Assembly: GCA_001784275.1 (NCBI GenBank)
Contig: MFQB01000012.1
Location: 1 to 33,353 of the forward strand
Source of the DNA: Candidatus Magasanikbacteria bacterium RIFCSPHIGHO2_02_FULL_47_14
GTDB lineage: Bacteria > Patescibacteriota > Patescibacteriia > Magasanikbacterales > UBA922
Reading direction: 5' to 3'
Length of the DNA stretch: 33,353 nt
Shown in pieces: positions 8,243 to 18,115 of the stretch. Under the pieces are notes generated by a model. The model searched no databases. It saw only the letters and a list, made by a program, of their open reading frames with translations, and was not told the DNA's origin. Each line of letters begins with the position of its first letter. Positions within the stretch are counted from its first letter, which is position 1. Both the position numbers and the translations under genes were made by a program.

Positions 8243-10641
8243 AGTATACCAGGATAGTACAGCGCCTCATCTTCTTTTTCTTTTTTTTGTATGTGTTATT
8301 TTATTTGTCGGTTATTGTTTTTCCGGATGTGCGAAACTTTGTTGGGTTTTATACCCCTCTTTCCTTAGTCCATTTTTTTACACTGGTCTTCTGCGTCTCC
8401 ATTGTTTTTTTTCTAAAGACAAAAATATACCATCACCCAAACAAACGACCTAAACACGTGAACCGATGGATAGTGGCAGGCTATAAAATTATTGCTGCAG
8501 CCTTTCACACATCGGCATTACGGCGCGTTGTCACCATCCTACTTTTTATAGCAACCCCGATTGCTCTTTTACCGGCTCAAGCCCTTCTTGACCAAAAAAA
8601 GTGGGCTGGGATCAATGCAGATGTGTTGCAATCTATCTTGCAGGCGCAAAAACCAATATTTTTTGTTTTCTTTTTTTTCTTAACCGCTCTCTGGATACTT
8701 GTTACAAGCAAATATAGCAAAAAATATCTTCCTTTTGCTCAACACGTCTTTTTTATCACGCTTATATTGTTCGAGTATCTTTTTATATCTCAAAAATTCT
8801 TTAACACAACGTACCACATCACCTTCTATCCATTTATTAAACATCTTCTTATATTTATATCGTCTGTAAGTGGCGGGATAAGTGTACTCCATACGTTTGA
8901 CACTTCATACGCGGACTTAAAAAAAGAGAAGCAATCGGAACTGGGTGCCCAGCTGTACTGTATAAAAAAATTCCGCGCTACCTATCCACGCCTTCAAAAT
9001 ATACCCGCTATCGGTCGAGTGACCGAAAACATATACAAACAAGGGTGGTTTGTGACTGGGTTTCTCGGACTCTTTTTGGTAACGTTCTTCTTTTTAACCG
9101 CACCACTCTCACAACGATTCTTGACTGGAGACGAATTTCATATCTTTTCAGTGGCCCAAGGGTTACTCAACTCGACCACGTGTGTAGCCTGGAACCAACT
9201 CTACGACACTCCCGGATACACATATACATCGCAGTGTATTTTATCCGGTATAGTGGCATTCTTCTTTTTTATAACCCAACATGTTTCCATTTTTGTTGCC
9301 AAATTACCCTCTCTTATCGTTTCAGTAGCAAATATCTTCCTCATTTACTCCCTTCTTAGCAAGATAGGGACAAAACAAATAGCTCTTTTTTCGGTTCTAT
9401 TTTACGTTCTGAACCCATTATTTATTTACGAATCAGCCTTTATACGGGGATATATTTATATCGTATTTTTGCTGTTGCTACTTACGCACTTCGTTTTTAA
9501 AATGATTCAGACAACAAACCAAAAAAAAGTATTACTTTTTATATTGCTACAAGGAATAACGCTTTTTACTGGATACAAAATTCATCTCACATTTATTACA
9601 GTTGCTCCGTTTGTTTGTGCGTTATGGATTTGGAAACTCCACGATTACGCAAAAAAAACAAACAGGATGCACCTATTTTCCCTCATCGTAACCTATATCG
9701 GCCTAGCTGGCGTTTGGTTCGCAATACGTTTTTTTGAGCAAAAAAACTGGGCAACGGCAGGTGCCATTTCGCTCCAGTGGAAAACTTTTGATGTCTCTTT
9801 TTTTACATTCCCACCGACTGTCACAAAAATCATTTTCGGTATCGGGATTGCGGGTTTCTTATGCTTTGCATTTAGGCTTTATAAGACAAAAAAGAAAATT
9901 CCGGCGCCGTTCGTTATGGCACTGGTTTTGATTGGTATGTTTGTGAGTACTCACATTATCTACGCGGTATTTGCAGACACAAAAAACTTGATTCTTAGAT
10001 ACATGACCAACATCATTGTGCTCAATGTGATTCTCCTGCCCTTCTTTTTATTTTTGATCATTCGACGCCTCTTAATCCAGAGAATAGCACCCGCAGTGAT
10101 AATTTTACTATTTATGGGAGTACCATATGTTTCCTTTTGGACAAGTGACCGGATGAATAGAGGATGGGATAACACATACAATATTATCGACATGTATTCG
10201 CTTGAAGAATTCACATCTCCTTACCGAGCGAAAGAAAAATGGGGCGCCCCATATACAAAAATAAAAGAGCACATAGAACCAAGTGACACAGTTGCTATCA
10301 TTACAGAGTTAGTACATGATCCAACGATACAGATACTCACGGAACATGCTGCTCAAATTGAACTATTTTGCCTTCGCTTTTCTCCATTCCAATTTATAAA
10401 TAACAGTATTTACTGTGCAGAAGAAGATTACTATTCGACAGAACTTCGCCCGATAAAATACGAGGCCATATCGCGCATACTTGAATCTCATGACAAGACA
10501 TTCATTGTGTTTCCCAGTAGAAAAAATTATAAATTCATGACGCAGACACAGTACATAAATGACCTATTCGGCTTTCAAAAAATATCCGGAACCGGTTTTG
10601 ATACAACATATATCGATGTGTATCTTTATGAAAGACGATAA
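8239..10641 (+). CDS. GT-C fold membrane glycosyltransferase (ArnT/PMT-like) with an extra N-terminal multi-TM region
   Basis: LTGDEFH acidic loop motif after a TM, then AKLPSL and LNPLFIYESAFIRGY; many TMs; soluble C-terminus. ATGA overlap with the upstream gene. Confidence 0.75.
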   Translation: MKYTRIVQRLIFFFFFLYVLFYLSVIVFPDVRNFVGFYTPLSLVHFFTLVFCVSIVFFLKTKIYHHPNKRPKHVNRWIVAGYKIIAAAFHTSALRRVVTILLFIATPIALLPAQALLDQKKWAGINADVLQSILQAQKPIFFVFFFFLTALWILVTSKYSKKYLPFAQHVFFITLILFEYLFISQKFFNTTYHITFYPFIKHLLIFISSVSGGISVLHTFDTSYADLKKEKQSELGAQLYCIKKFRATYPRLQNIPAIGRVTENIYKQGWFVTGFLGLFLVTFFFLTAPLSQRFLTGDEFHIFSVAQGLLNSTTCVAWNQLYDTPGYTYTSQCILSGIVAFFFFITQHVSIFVAKLPSLIVSVANIFLIYSLLSKIGTKQIALFSVLFYVLNPLFIYESAFIRGYIYIVFLLLLLTHFVFKMIQTTNQKKVLLFILLQGITLFTGYKIHLTFITVAPFVCALWIWKLHDYAKKTNRMHLFSLIVTYIGLAGVWFAIRFFEQKNWATAGAISLQWKTFDVSFFTFPPTVTKIIFGIGIAGFLCFAFRLYKTKKKIPAPFVMALVLIGMFVSTHIIYAVFADTKNLILRYMTNIIVLNVILLPFFLFLIIRRLLIQRIAPAVIILLFMGVPYVSFWTSDRMNRGWDNTYNIIDMYSLEEFTSPYRAKEKWGAPYTKIKEHIEPSDTVAIITELVHDPTIQILTEHAAQIELFCLRFSPFQFINNSIYCAEEDYYSTELRPIKYEAISRILESHDKTFIVFPSRKNYKFMTQTQYINDLFGFQKISGTGFDTTYIDVYLYERR

Positions 10642-11959
10642 GTCGAAAAGCAAATTTTCTTCGATGAGAGAAAAAAATGCTGTCCTTTTCCTTGCTAAAA
10701 TTTTTGATGGCGCAAAACAAGTGCCCCATCTTCAATATTTTATTGGCAACGGTTTTTGGATGACCCTAAAAGAAGGGGCAACGACACTCCTTGGCGTGTT
10801 TGTCTCAGTAGCCCTTGCTCGCCTACTGACAAAAGAAACTTACGGACAATATCAACTCGTCATCACCATTATCAGTCTGTTTTCAGTTTTTTCAATCCCT
10901 GGACTAAACTCGTCACTAACCCGGTCAGTCGCACGTGGATACGACGGAAACTATAGAAATAGTGTGCACATAAGTTTTTGGTGGTCACTTATTGCCGTTC
11001 CTCTTCTCTCAAGTCTCGCGGGGTATTTTTACATTATAGGAAATCAAGATGTAGCGGCGAGCTTCTTGATTTCTGCGATTTTTTTCCCCTTCTTTTATGC
11101 CCCAAATACATGGAATGCATTCTTGGTTGGAAAACAAAAATTTAACCTGCTAACACGCTGGAATATCATTTCCGTTCTTTTCCAAAGTTTTCTTCTCGTA
11201 ACAATGGCCTGGATTTTCAAAAATAATCTTATTGTTTTGGTCTTCAGCTATTTTTTTTCATATACTATTTTCAACTACATATGGTACAAAAAAAGTTTTG
11301 CGCTCATCCAAACAGACAAAAAAAACGAGGAAGACATAGATTATGGTTTTTTCCTTACCAAACTATCGACACTGGAAATCGTCGCGTCATACATAGATAA
11401 AGTGCTCGTCGGACTTCTTCTCGGGCCTGAGTCGCTCGCAATTTACACCATCGTTTCATTGATTGCCGTAAAAATAAAAGACCTATCAAAAGTGGTTGGC
11501 CAACTTATCTTTCCAAAATTTTCAACAAGCAAAAAAACCTTTGTAGACATTCTTTATGCATACCAAAGACCGTGGCTTTTATTTACCTTGAGCATGGTCG
11601 CAATTTCAGGACTATATTACGTCAGTATACCCACTCTTATACGGTTACTTTTCAGTGAACAATATACACCATACACATACCTTGCGCAGTGGTTTACGAT
11701 AACCGTTGTATTGTCGTTCCCTCTTGCGGTTTTAGCATATTATGTACTGGCAAAAAAAGAAAAAAAAATCATAATTCTTTCGCGTCCGATTTTTGCTTTT
11801 ATACGAATAGTACTGAACGCTTTTGCTATTTATTTTTTCGGTCTGATTGGGGCCGTGGTAGCATTTAACTTATCCATGCTCATTCGTCTATTCTTTTTTC
11901 TTTTCGGAATCAAATACACTCAACCAAAAAAAGGCAAAGATGAGTGCCTTAGGATATAA
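10628..11959 (+). CDS. Wzx/MOP-family oligosaccharide flippase
   Basis: LARLLTKETYGQYQL...FSIPGL and YIDKVLVGLLLGPESLAIY, ending YFFGLIGAV; about 12 TMs. Start moved to the ATG at 10628, which overlaps the previous stop. Confidence 0.88.
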   Translation: MKDDKSKSKFSSMREKNAVLFLAKIFDGAKQVPHLQYFIGNGFWMTLKEGATTLLGVFVSVALARLLTKETYGQYQLVITIISLFSVFSIPGLNSSLTRSVARGYDGNYRNSVHISFWWSLIAVPLLSSLAGYFYIIGNQDVAASFLISAIFFPFFYAPNTWNAFLVGKQKFNLLTRWNIISVLFQSFLLVTMAWIFKNNLIVLVFSYFFSYTIFNYIWYKKSFALIQTDKKNEEDIDYGFFLTKLSTLEIVASYIDKVLVGLLLGPESLAIYTIVSLIAVKIKDLSKVVGQLIFPKFSTSKKTFVDILYAYQRPWLLFTLSMVAISGLYYVSIPTLIRLLFSEQYTPYTYLAQWFTITVVLSFPLAVLAYYVLAKKEKKIIILSRPIFAFIRIVLNAFAIYFFGLIGAVVAFNLSMLIRLFFFLFGIKYTQPKKGKDECLRI

Positions 11960-13037
11960 ACTCATGAAATGGATAGATATCTTCTCTGTCCAAAATTTGA
12001 ACGAGGAGGCTGACCCCCCACAAAAAAAGACATGTCCCGTGAATATCCGGCTCATTTCTCCCCCGACTTACTGGAGCATCATAATACCACTTTCCTGACG
12101 AACCAGGCAAAAAGGAAAATCCACCGATACTCGGATAGTAATGCGCTCGATATCGTCGAAGCCGGTCCCAGGCAAATGTATTCAGTTCCTCGTTTCGATA
12201 CTCCGTTCCAACCACTTTTGTACAATACGTCAGTACAAACGTTATATTAAAGTGATCACATGCGTGAGTGTCATGTTGTGCGGACAGGACCGTGTCCAAT
12301 ATACGATCTGCATGGGCAAAATTCATTCTTTCCGCAACCAACAAACCCGTTAGGATCTTCATGGCTCCATTTATTTTTTGAGAAAGAGATGGTGTGCCCA
12401 TGTACCAAAATCCGTCTGAGTGTTGTAGTCGATTAACCCAGCGTATCGCTGCGTCTATCAAAGTTTCTTTGTTTTCAGATAAACTACATGCAAGAAAAAA
12501 TAAAAGGTGACTAAAGTGACTTCCCGCTGCCCATGGTTTATGCCAATCAAGGGCCGATAGATATCTCTCTATGTCTTGTTCAGATTCCACAAGCGACGTG
12601 ATTGCATACCGAGGCATATGGGAAAAAAGTGTCATCGCAGAAAATGCCTGGCGTGTTTCAGCAAGGTGTACTTGCTTACCTCTGTGAATGTTGCCTGTCT
12701 TGAAGATATACCACAAACGGTACGGAACGGAAGACCACTCAATCCACTGATCTATAAAAAAACCAGTTGGCTTCTGAAAAGATTGTATAAAATTACATGC
12801 CTCCTCCACTTCTTGTTCATACTCCTTTCTTAACCCAAGTGTGTATATAATCTTTAAAAAGAAAACAGAGTTACCAAGGCCCCATTGCGCTTTTTCTCTG
12901 AGATAGTCACCGGTGAGTGAATAGTGGTATCTCCCCGGTCGGCCAGGCACTTTTAACTTCTGCAAAAATTGAGGAACAGCATGAGGAAGCGCAAGTAGCC
13001 ATTGTTGAATTTCTTCGATGTCTCGTCCGTCAGTCAT
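11949..13037 (-). CDS. Unknown helical protein with prenyltransferase/terpene-cyclase-like (QW-type) repeats
   Basis: 362-aa ORF coupled to the upstream acetyltransferase. Helices end in FQKPTGFF, LQHSDGFW and YPSIGGFSF; C-terminal EPDIHGTCLFLWGVS. The CDS is secure; the fold call is inference. Confidence 0.6.
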   Translation of the reverse strand: MTDGRDIEEIQQWLLALPHAVPQFLQKLKVPGRPGRYHYSLTGDYLREKAQWGLGNSVFFLKIIYTLGLRKEYEQEVEEACNFIQSFQKPTGFFIDQWIEWSSVPYRLWYIFKTGNIHRGKQVHLAETRQAFSAMTLFSHMPRYAITSLVESEQDIERYLSALDWHKPWAAGSHFSHLLFFLACSLSENKETLIDAAIRWVNRLQHSDGFWYMGTPSLSQKINGAMKILTGLLVAERMNFAHADRILDTVLSAQHDTHACDHFNITFVLTYCTKVVGTEYRNEELNTFAWDRLRRYRAHYYPSIGGFSFLPGSSGKWYYDAPVSRGRNEPDIHGTCLFLWGVSLLVQILDREDIYPFHEFIS

Positions 13038-13530
13038 ACGAGAGTTCTCTCAAAACTCGGGCCGGGACCCCGACAGCCAGTGAATCCGGTGGCAAATCTT
13101 TCGTGACAACTGCACCAGCACCTACAACAGTATTTTTGCCAATAGAAACACCTGGGTTAACGATCACACCAGAACCCAACCAGACTCCATCATCAATCCT
13201 GACTGGCAGCGCAATATGCTTTCTGACAGAGGCGGGGTGTTCATAGTCCAGCCCCCCGGTATTAATAATACATCCAGGAGAAATACGTACACGACTTCCT
13301 ATGTAAATATCCGCCATCGCGTTAAGCACAACACCATGATTGATTCGTGTCGCATCCCCTACAAAAATATGGTGAGGATGATACACATAGATATTGCCCG
13401 AGACACTGGATAGGCGCCCCAAATTGCCAAAAAGACACCTCCATTTCCATGTCGTTCCGAGTTTATGCAGACCTCGAAGCCATTTAAATATCAGTAAAAA
13501 AAACCGGTGAAAAATCGATACATCTTTCAT
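13030..13530 (-). CDS. Left-handed beta-helix (hexapeptide) O-acyltransferase, maltose/galactoside acetyltransferase-like
   Basis: PVRIDDGVWLGSGVIVNPGVSIGKNTVVGAGAVVTKDLPPDSLAVGVPARV. Start placed at the ATG at 13530, just after the upstream stop. Confidence 0.92.
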   Translation of the reverse strand: MKDVSIFHRFFLLIFKWLRGLHKLGTTWKWRCLFGNLGRLSSVSGNIYVYHPHHIFVGDATRINHGVVLNAMADIYIGSRVRISPGCIINTGGLDYEHPASVRKHIALPVRIDDGVWLGSGVIVNPGVSIGKNTVVGAGAVVTKDLPPDSLAVGVPARVLRELSYD

Positions 13531-13531
13531 A

Positions 13532-14194
13532 TCACTTTTTATTATGCGCAATAACAATTATCTTCCGGCTAAAAAATGAATGGCGGAGCAATCTAAAAAA
13601 AATGCCCCCTGTCGGGATAATCTCGACGTCAAAAAAGTATTTTTTGAATAACTTTTTTGCTTTAGAGACAGTAAACTTATTTACGTGAGTTGGATCATCG
13701 TGTAGTCGTTGAAATCTTCCAAAAAAAACATCAATGATGTCGTACACACGCTTGACTGGATAGTTGGGAGTAACAAAAAAACAAACACCGTCTGGATAGA
13801 GAATACGATGAATCTCTTGCATGTAAAAATCAATGTCAGAAATCGGTATATGCTCGATGACTTGGTCTGAGTGAATAAGGTGAAACGTATCTCGGTCAAA
13901 TGGTAACGGTTCCAACGGTTTCACTAAAAGCATATTCTTCCATCCTTCTCTCTGGAGACGTTGGACTCTTGTATCTGATACTTCTACGCCATAGATGTTT
14001 TCTTTTTTAAACCAAGCAGTAAAAAACGGTACATATTTTCCATTACCAAAACCATAGTCAAGACACCTCCGCTCCTGATCTGAAGACAATAAAGGAAGGA
14101 CATTCTCACGAAATGCCGCCTCCCAGGCAGTGGGTACTACACCTTTTTGTGCCCGATCACGGGCATACTGTTCAAAATCTTGAGACATACTCAT
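13532..14194 (-). CDS. Class I SAM-dependent methyltransferase (1 of 7)
   Basis: CLDYGFGNG, GVEVS, LPFDRDTFHLI...QVIEHI, EIHRILYPDG...VTPN, DPTHV. Start is likely 14194 or 14188. Confidence 0.88.
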   Translation of the reverse strand: MSMSQDFEQYARDRAQKGVVPTAWEAAFRENVLPLLSSDQERRCLDYGFGNGKYVPFFTAWFKKENIYGVEVSDTRVQRLQREGWKNMLLVKPLEPLPFDRDTFHLIHSDQVIEHIPISDIDFYMQEIHRILYPDGVCFFVTPNYPVKRVYDIIDVFFGRFQRLHDDPTHVNKFTVSKAKKLFKKYFFDVEIIPTGGIFFRLLRHSFFSRKIIVIAHNKK

Positions 14195-15263
14195 CACTAG
14201 ATAGGATTCCTTCATGCAAAAGAATATCGCGTATGGCACGAAATGTAAAGTCGTATGTATACCCGAGTCGAACTAATTGTTCCCGTGTATTGACGATCGT
14301 GTTGGTTGCAAGCAATATCTTTTTTGCCAAGTCGTCTGGATCTGGCTTTGCAACAAACCCTCCAACACGCCAGACATGTGATACAGCCGCCGGGCTATCG
14401 TCACAGCAGACAACAGGTATATTGCAGGCCGCTGCCTCCAATATAATACGCGGACCCATCTCACGATAGTTCGTTGTCGTCAATAAACACCGAGATTGGT
14501 TATACAAGCGAGCAACTTCTTCCGGCGACTGCCAGCCCGCGAATGTTGTAACGTGGGGGTATTCTCGCTTTAGTCTTGCACCGGGCATCACCAATGTCTT
14601 TCCCGCCCGTGCGGTAGCACGTATTGCCAACTCCGGACGCTTCCAATATCCCTCGGAACCACGAGATGGATAGATACAGTCCCACCGTTTCGGCTCGTCT
14701 ATATTTGGTCGAAATATTTTTTCATTCGCGGGCTTTGGAGCGACAATAATGCGACTCTGATCGATATATATTCTCGCTGCAAGCTGCTTTTTTTGAAAAT
14801 CATGATCAACTAAGTGATAATCAACGCACCGATGATACCTCCCAACAGACTTTTTGAGACTTCTATTCGAATACGAAATTTTTAAGTAATCTTTCAATGT
14901 ATAGGAAATAGCTGAACTATAATATAATAACTTTATACACCTCATGGATGAAACTCCTTGTAAAAAATCATCATATGGAAAACTGTGATGATTTAAAAAC
15001 AGAACGTCCGGTTTTTCCAAAGCAAGATATTGTAGAATTTCCTTTTTTGTGCGACAAAAATAATAGCTGAGCGATTGGGTGTGGGACTGATAACTGCCGT
15101 AACAAAAATCAGAGAGCGTGACGATACGCACGTCAAAAAAATCAGACAAACGGCGCGCGGCATATACCGTAGAGTCTTCAACGGCCAGCATCGCCCCCCC
15201 ACCCTCTGGCACCAACTTTTTTTGCCAATGCCAAATAAAAAAAATCTTTTTTTTCATCTCCAT
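14172..15263 (-). CDS. Glycosyltransferase family 4 (GT-B)
   Basis: WKRPEL, VARLYNQS...REMGPRIILEAAACNIPVV (EX7E-type motif). Confidence 0.85.
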   Translation of the reverse strand: MEMKKKIFFIWHWQKKLVPEGGGAMLAVEDSTVYAARRLSDFFDVRIVTLSDFCYGSYQSHTQSLSYYFCRTKKEILQYLALEKPDVLFLNHHSFPYDDFLQGVSSMRCIKLLYYSSAISYTLKDYLKISYSNRSLKKSVGRYHRCVDYHLVDHDFQKKQLAARIYIDQSRIIVAPKPANEKIFRPNIDEPKRWDCIYPSRGSEGYWKRPELAIRATARAGKTLVMPGARLKREYPHVTTFAGWQSPEEVARLYNQSRCLLTTTNYREMGPRIILEAAACNIPVVCCDDSPAAVSHVWRVGGFVAKPDPDDLAKKILLATNTIVNTREQLVRLGYTYDFTFRAIRDILLHEGILSSDEYVSRF

Positions 15264-15268
15264 AGGTA

Positions 15269-15976
15269 TTACTTTTGCGCTATCACAAGATAGAGGCTGG
15301 GATATGCAGTATACACTCCGCGTTTTTGTTCTTCATATACTTCGGAACACAGTATATTGTTCGATGACCGGAAAAAAAAACTTTTGAATAACTTCGTAAC
15401 AAAAAATAAACAAAGAAGCGGCCAATACCAGATTTTTTTATATAGCATATTCATAAGAGTCAAGTCAAAGTCACCAACTTGGTATACTGAAACGGAAGAA
15501 AAATTGCGAAACAAAAATTTCAAAGAATGAAATCCAAAACGAAAATAGTCCGGGAGACTATGTAACCGATACATAAATGGAACAACCACGATAGCATAAC
15601 CGTCTTGTTTCAACGTACGTTGCATTTCGTCTACAGCTCGCTGTGGTTCCGGAAGATGTTCAAGAGAGGCGACAGACAAAAAATTATTTACTGTCCCGTC
15701 TCCAAAAGGCATGTTCTGCATGTCAACAAACACCTCATACGGCGGCACAATATTGCTGGCTATGTATGTGAGCCGAGGGTTGACTTTCCTGTAGGTCGCA
15801 TTCGTTTTTGGTGATGAACCAAGATCAACAACTGACCCGCTGAGCTGTGATAGCAACTGTGCTAATATCGTATCTGTGAGGAGGCGCGGTATAGAGCTTC
15901 TATAAAATAAAATCTTCCAGGCATTTCGAAAAAGAAAATAAAAAGATAAAATCGGTTTATGCAATTCAAGAGACAT
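15269..15976 (-). CDS. Class I SAM-dependent methyltransferase (2 of 7), degenerate motif I
   Basis: VVDLGSS, DMQNMPFGDGTV...SLEHLPEP..AVDEMQRTLK.DG...VPFMY.LH..PDYFRF. Confidence 0.85.
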   Translation of the reverse strand: MSLELHKPILSFYFLFRNAWKILFYRSSIPRLLTDTILAQLLSQLSGSVVDLGSSPKTNATYRKVNPRLTYIASNIVPPYEVFVDMQNMPFGDGTVNNFLSVASLEHLPEPQRAVDEMQRTLKQDGYAIVVVPFMYRLHSLPDYFRFGFHSLKFLFRNFSSVSVYQVGDFDLTLMNMLYKKIWYWPLLCLFFVTKLFKSFFFRSSNNILCSEVYEEQKRGVYTAYPSLYLVIAQK

Positions 15977-15983
15977 ATCAAAT

Positions 15984-17012
15984 TCAGGTAATAAGTTGGC
16001 TCATTTTCTTAAGAAAATAAATATTTTTTTCTAAATATTCAGCTCGTTTTTTTGATAAAAGAGTCCGAACTGTATTCTCGTCGCCTTGAAGCTCTGCAAA
16101 CAATGACAGCAACACTTCTGGGGTTATATCTTGTAACGCGACAGAAAACAAAGACGGATACCCGACCATATCAACAAACGCATCGCACTTAATGTTATAC
16201 GAGATATTTAAAAATGGTTTCCCTGCGCCAAGAGCGAAAATCCCCATATGCCCACGTGATCCGACCAAATAATCCATTTGGCTATATGCCCCCATCAGCT
16301 GTTGTGCAGAAGAAGAAAACAATAAAGGGATATCAACACGCTGTCGAAGGCTCAAATAGGAGTCAGTAACTTGTTTTGTATGTGCGATGAGATAGCATGC
16401 ATACTCTGTATGTAACACGGATATAGTTGCGACAAGTGTACGAATATAATTTTGAGCAGCCAGAGTCGAAAGACGAGACAGTGGCACCAACACAAAACCA
16501 ATCTTTTTCTTCTCTGTGAAAGCTAATTCAAATGGAATAGGTGACAAAAACATGGATGGACATGGAACAAGGTCCGTCGGTATTCCTTTGGAAGCAAGCT
16601 CCATTTGGCTCATCACGTCTCGAACTGAACTCAAAGTTACATAATCGTGAAGATGTTGAATTTTTTTCATCATTCTTTTATATCTTTTTTCGTCTTTTGC
16701 CTCGTAATTCAAACCAACACCATATAAAAATATAGGCTTTTTTATACCTTTAAGTGCCCGATATGAAAGCCGCAAGAGTGTCTTTTTTGCATATGGCCAA
16801 TACAGACCGCCTCCCCCAACAACCACACAATCAAAATCTCTATTGACACGGGCAATTGTTGCAGAATCAAAATCTTGATATGCAATAAAAAAATCTTCAA
16901 AGGCGGCTTGTGTATCTATATGCTCCCGTATCAGATATTTAATACCCTCGGCAGATCCGACGTCACCCAGGTTATTATCGTTCGCATAACAGTGAAAAAT
17001 GTTTAACGCCAT
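15984..17012 (-). CDS. Polysaccharide pyruvyl transferase family protein
   Basis: NLGD, VVVGGGGL, YGVG, SVRD..S, PCP, GSRGH..IFAL..GKPF..ISY..K. Confidence 0.85.
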   Translation of the reverse strand: MALNIFHCYANDNNLGDVGSAEGIKYLIREHIDTQAAFEDFFIAYQDFDSATIARVNRDFDCVVVGGGGLYWPYAKKTLLRLSYRALKGIKKPIFLYGVGLNYEAKDEKRYKRMMKKIQHLHDYVTLSSVRDVMSQMELASKGIPTDLVPCPSMFLSPIPFELAFTEKKKIGFVLVPLSRLSTLAAQNYIRTLVATISVLHTEYACYLIAHTKQVTDSYLSLRQRVDIPLLFSSSAQQLMGAYSQMDYLVGSRGHMGIFALGAGKPFLNISYNIKCDAFVDMVGYPSLFSVALQDITPEVLLSLFAELQGDENTVRTLLSKKRAEYLEKNIYFLKKMSQLIT

Positions 17013-17026
17013 AAGACCGGTGGCTA

Positions 17027-18106
17027 TTATTTTTTTTCTTTATTCAAAAGTAAACGGTAGACAGTCTCGTAGTACTGTCGCACGATACAGTTCCAATCAT
17101 ACAGGGGTACCGCTGCAAAACCATTGCGAGCAAGCTGATCCGAAAAATTCTTGTCATGTGCAACAGACAATATACCTTGAGCTAAACCATGCGGGTCGTC
17201 CACGTCGCAGATTACAGCATTAACAGCATGCTGGCAAATGTCAGGAACCATGCCTACATTCGTTGTGACAACTGGTACACCTGTTGCCCATGATTCAAGT
17301 ATTGCCTTCGGCCCTCCTTCAAGTCGAGATGGGACAACGTATAGGTCAAGTGCCTGATAATATGGAACAATTCTGCAATATTCAGATACGTATGTGTGGA
17401 AAAATGGTATGCCAGATCGTTGCAACCTTTGTTTGACGTATCCGCGGGACGGACCAGTCAAAAGCACAAAGATATTCCTCTCTTTTGCGACCATATCGAG
17501 AGCATCACAAAATACGTCAGGACCCTTAATATATTTCGGTTCAAGCCCGTGCCCCCAATAGTTACCGTCTTTTTGAAAACAACCGATCACACAAACATTA
17601 AGTGAAATCCCGAGTCGCTCACGAATGAGTTGTTTTGTCTCCTGAGAGACTGGCGAAAAATGTGAAATGTCTACACCTATCGGAATGACTTCCACGATGT
17701 CCTTACGCAGGCCTAACCGCAGGAGATGCTCTCTTGTGTTTGTGCATGACGTAACAACGCGTTTTATATGCGTGTTGATGTAAGGGATGTGGCGGCGAGC
17801 AACAACGTCGTCCTCAACATGAAACCACGTCAAGACTAACGTATTTGAGAAAACATCAACGGCTTTCTGTGCAACTGACTGCGTATACGAATGAAATGAT
17901 CCAAAGTGAATGAGCGTGTTGCGTAGTCCTCGTGGTGTTACTCGTACAGTAGCGTCACACAGGCCAAGGGATGTAAGTCGGGAGGTAATTTCACATCCGT
18001 CCTGTCTGATTGACCACGGGGCATTTTCCACAATATATACTAACTGATATCTTTTTCCCAAAAGATTACGCACTATGTCAAAAGCGAGGGTGGCGGTTGA
18101 TCTCAT
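17027..18106 (-). CDS. Glycosyltransferase family 4 (GT-B)
   Basis: VIPIGVD..HF, KGPD, YQALDLYVVPSRLEGGPKAILESWATGVPVVTTNVG. Confidence 0.92.
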   Translation of the reverse strand: MRSTATLAFDIVRNLLGKRYQLVYIVENAPWSIRQDGCEITSRLTSLGLCDATVRVTPRGLRNTLIHFGSFHSYTQSVAQKAVDVFSNTLVLTWFHVEDDVVARRHIPYINTHIKRVVTSCTNTREHLLRLGLRKDIVEVIPIGVDISHFSPVSQETKQLIRERLGISLNVCVIGCFQKDGNYWGHGLEPKYIKGPDVFCDALDMVAKERNIFVLLTGPSRGYVKQRLQRSGIPFFHTYVSEYCRIVPYYQALDLYVVPSRLEGGPKAILESWATGVPVVTTNVGMVPDICQHAVNAVICDVDDPHGLAQGILSVAHDKNFSDQLARNGFAAVPLYDWNCIVRQYYETVYRLLLNKEKK

Positions 18107-18115
18107 GTGACAATA

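Noticed and set aside
8239..10641. AglB/PglB/STT3 oligosaccharyltransferase call for the 800-aa membrane protein
   Set aside because: No WWDYG-type motif (nearest is RGWDNTY); the DE loop and downstream motifs fit ArnT/PMT-like GT-C better.
11760..15380. A9/T9 tracts (11760-11768, 15372-15380) and many A8/T8 runs as phase-variation switches
   Set aside because: All ORFs are in frame, the runs encode Lys/Phe in AT-rich genes, and there are no long G/C tracts. Read-level length variation would be needed to support it.
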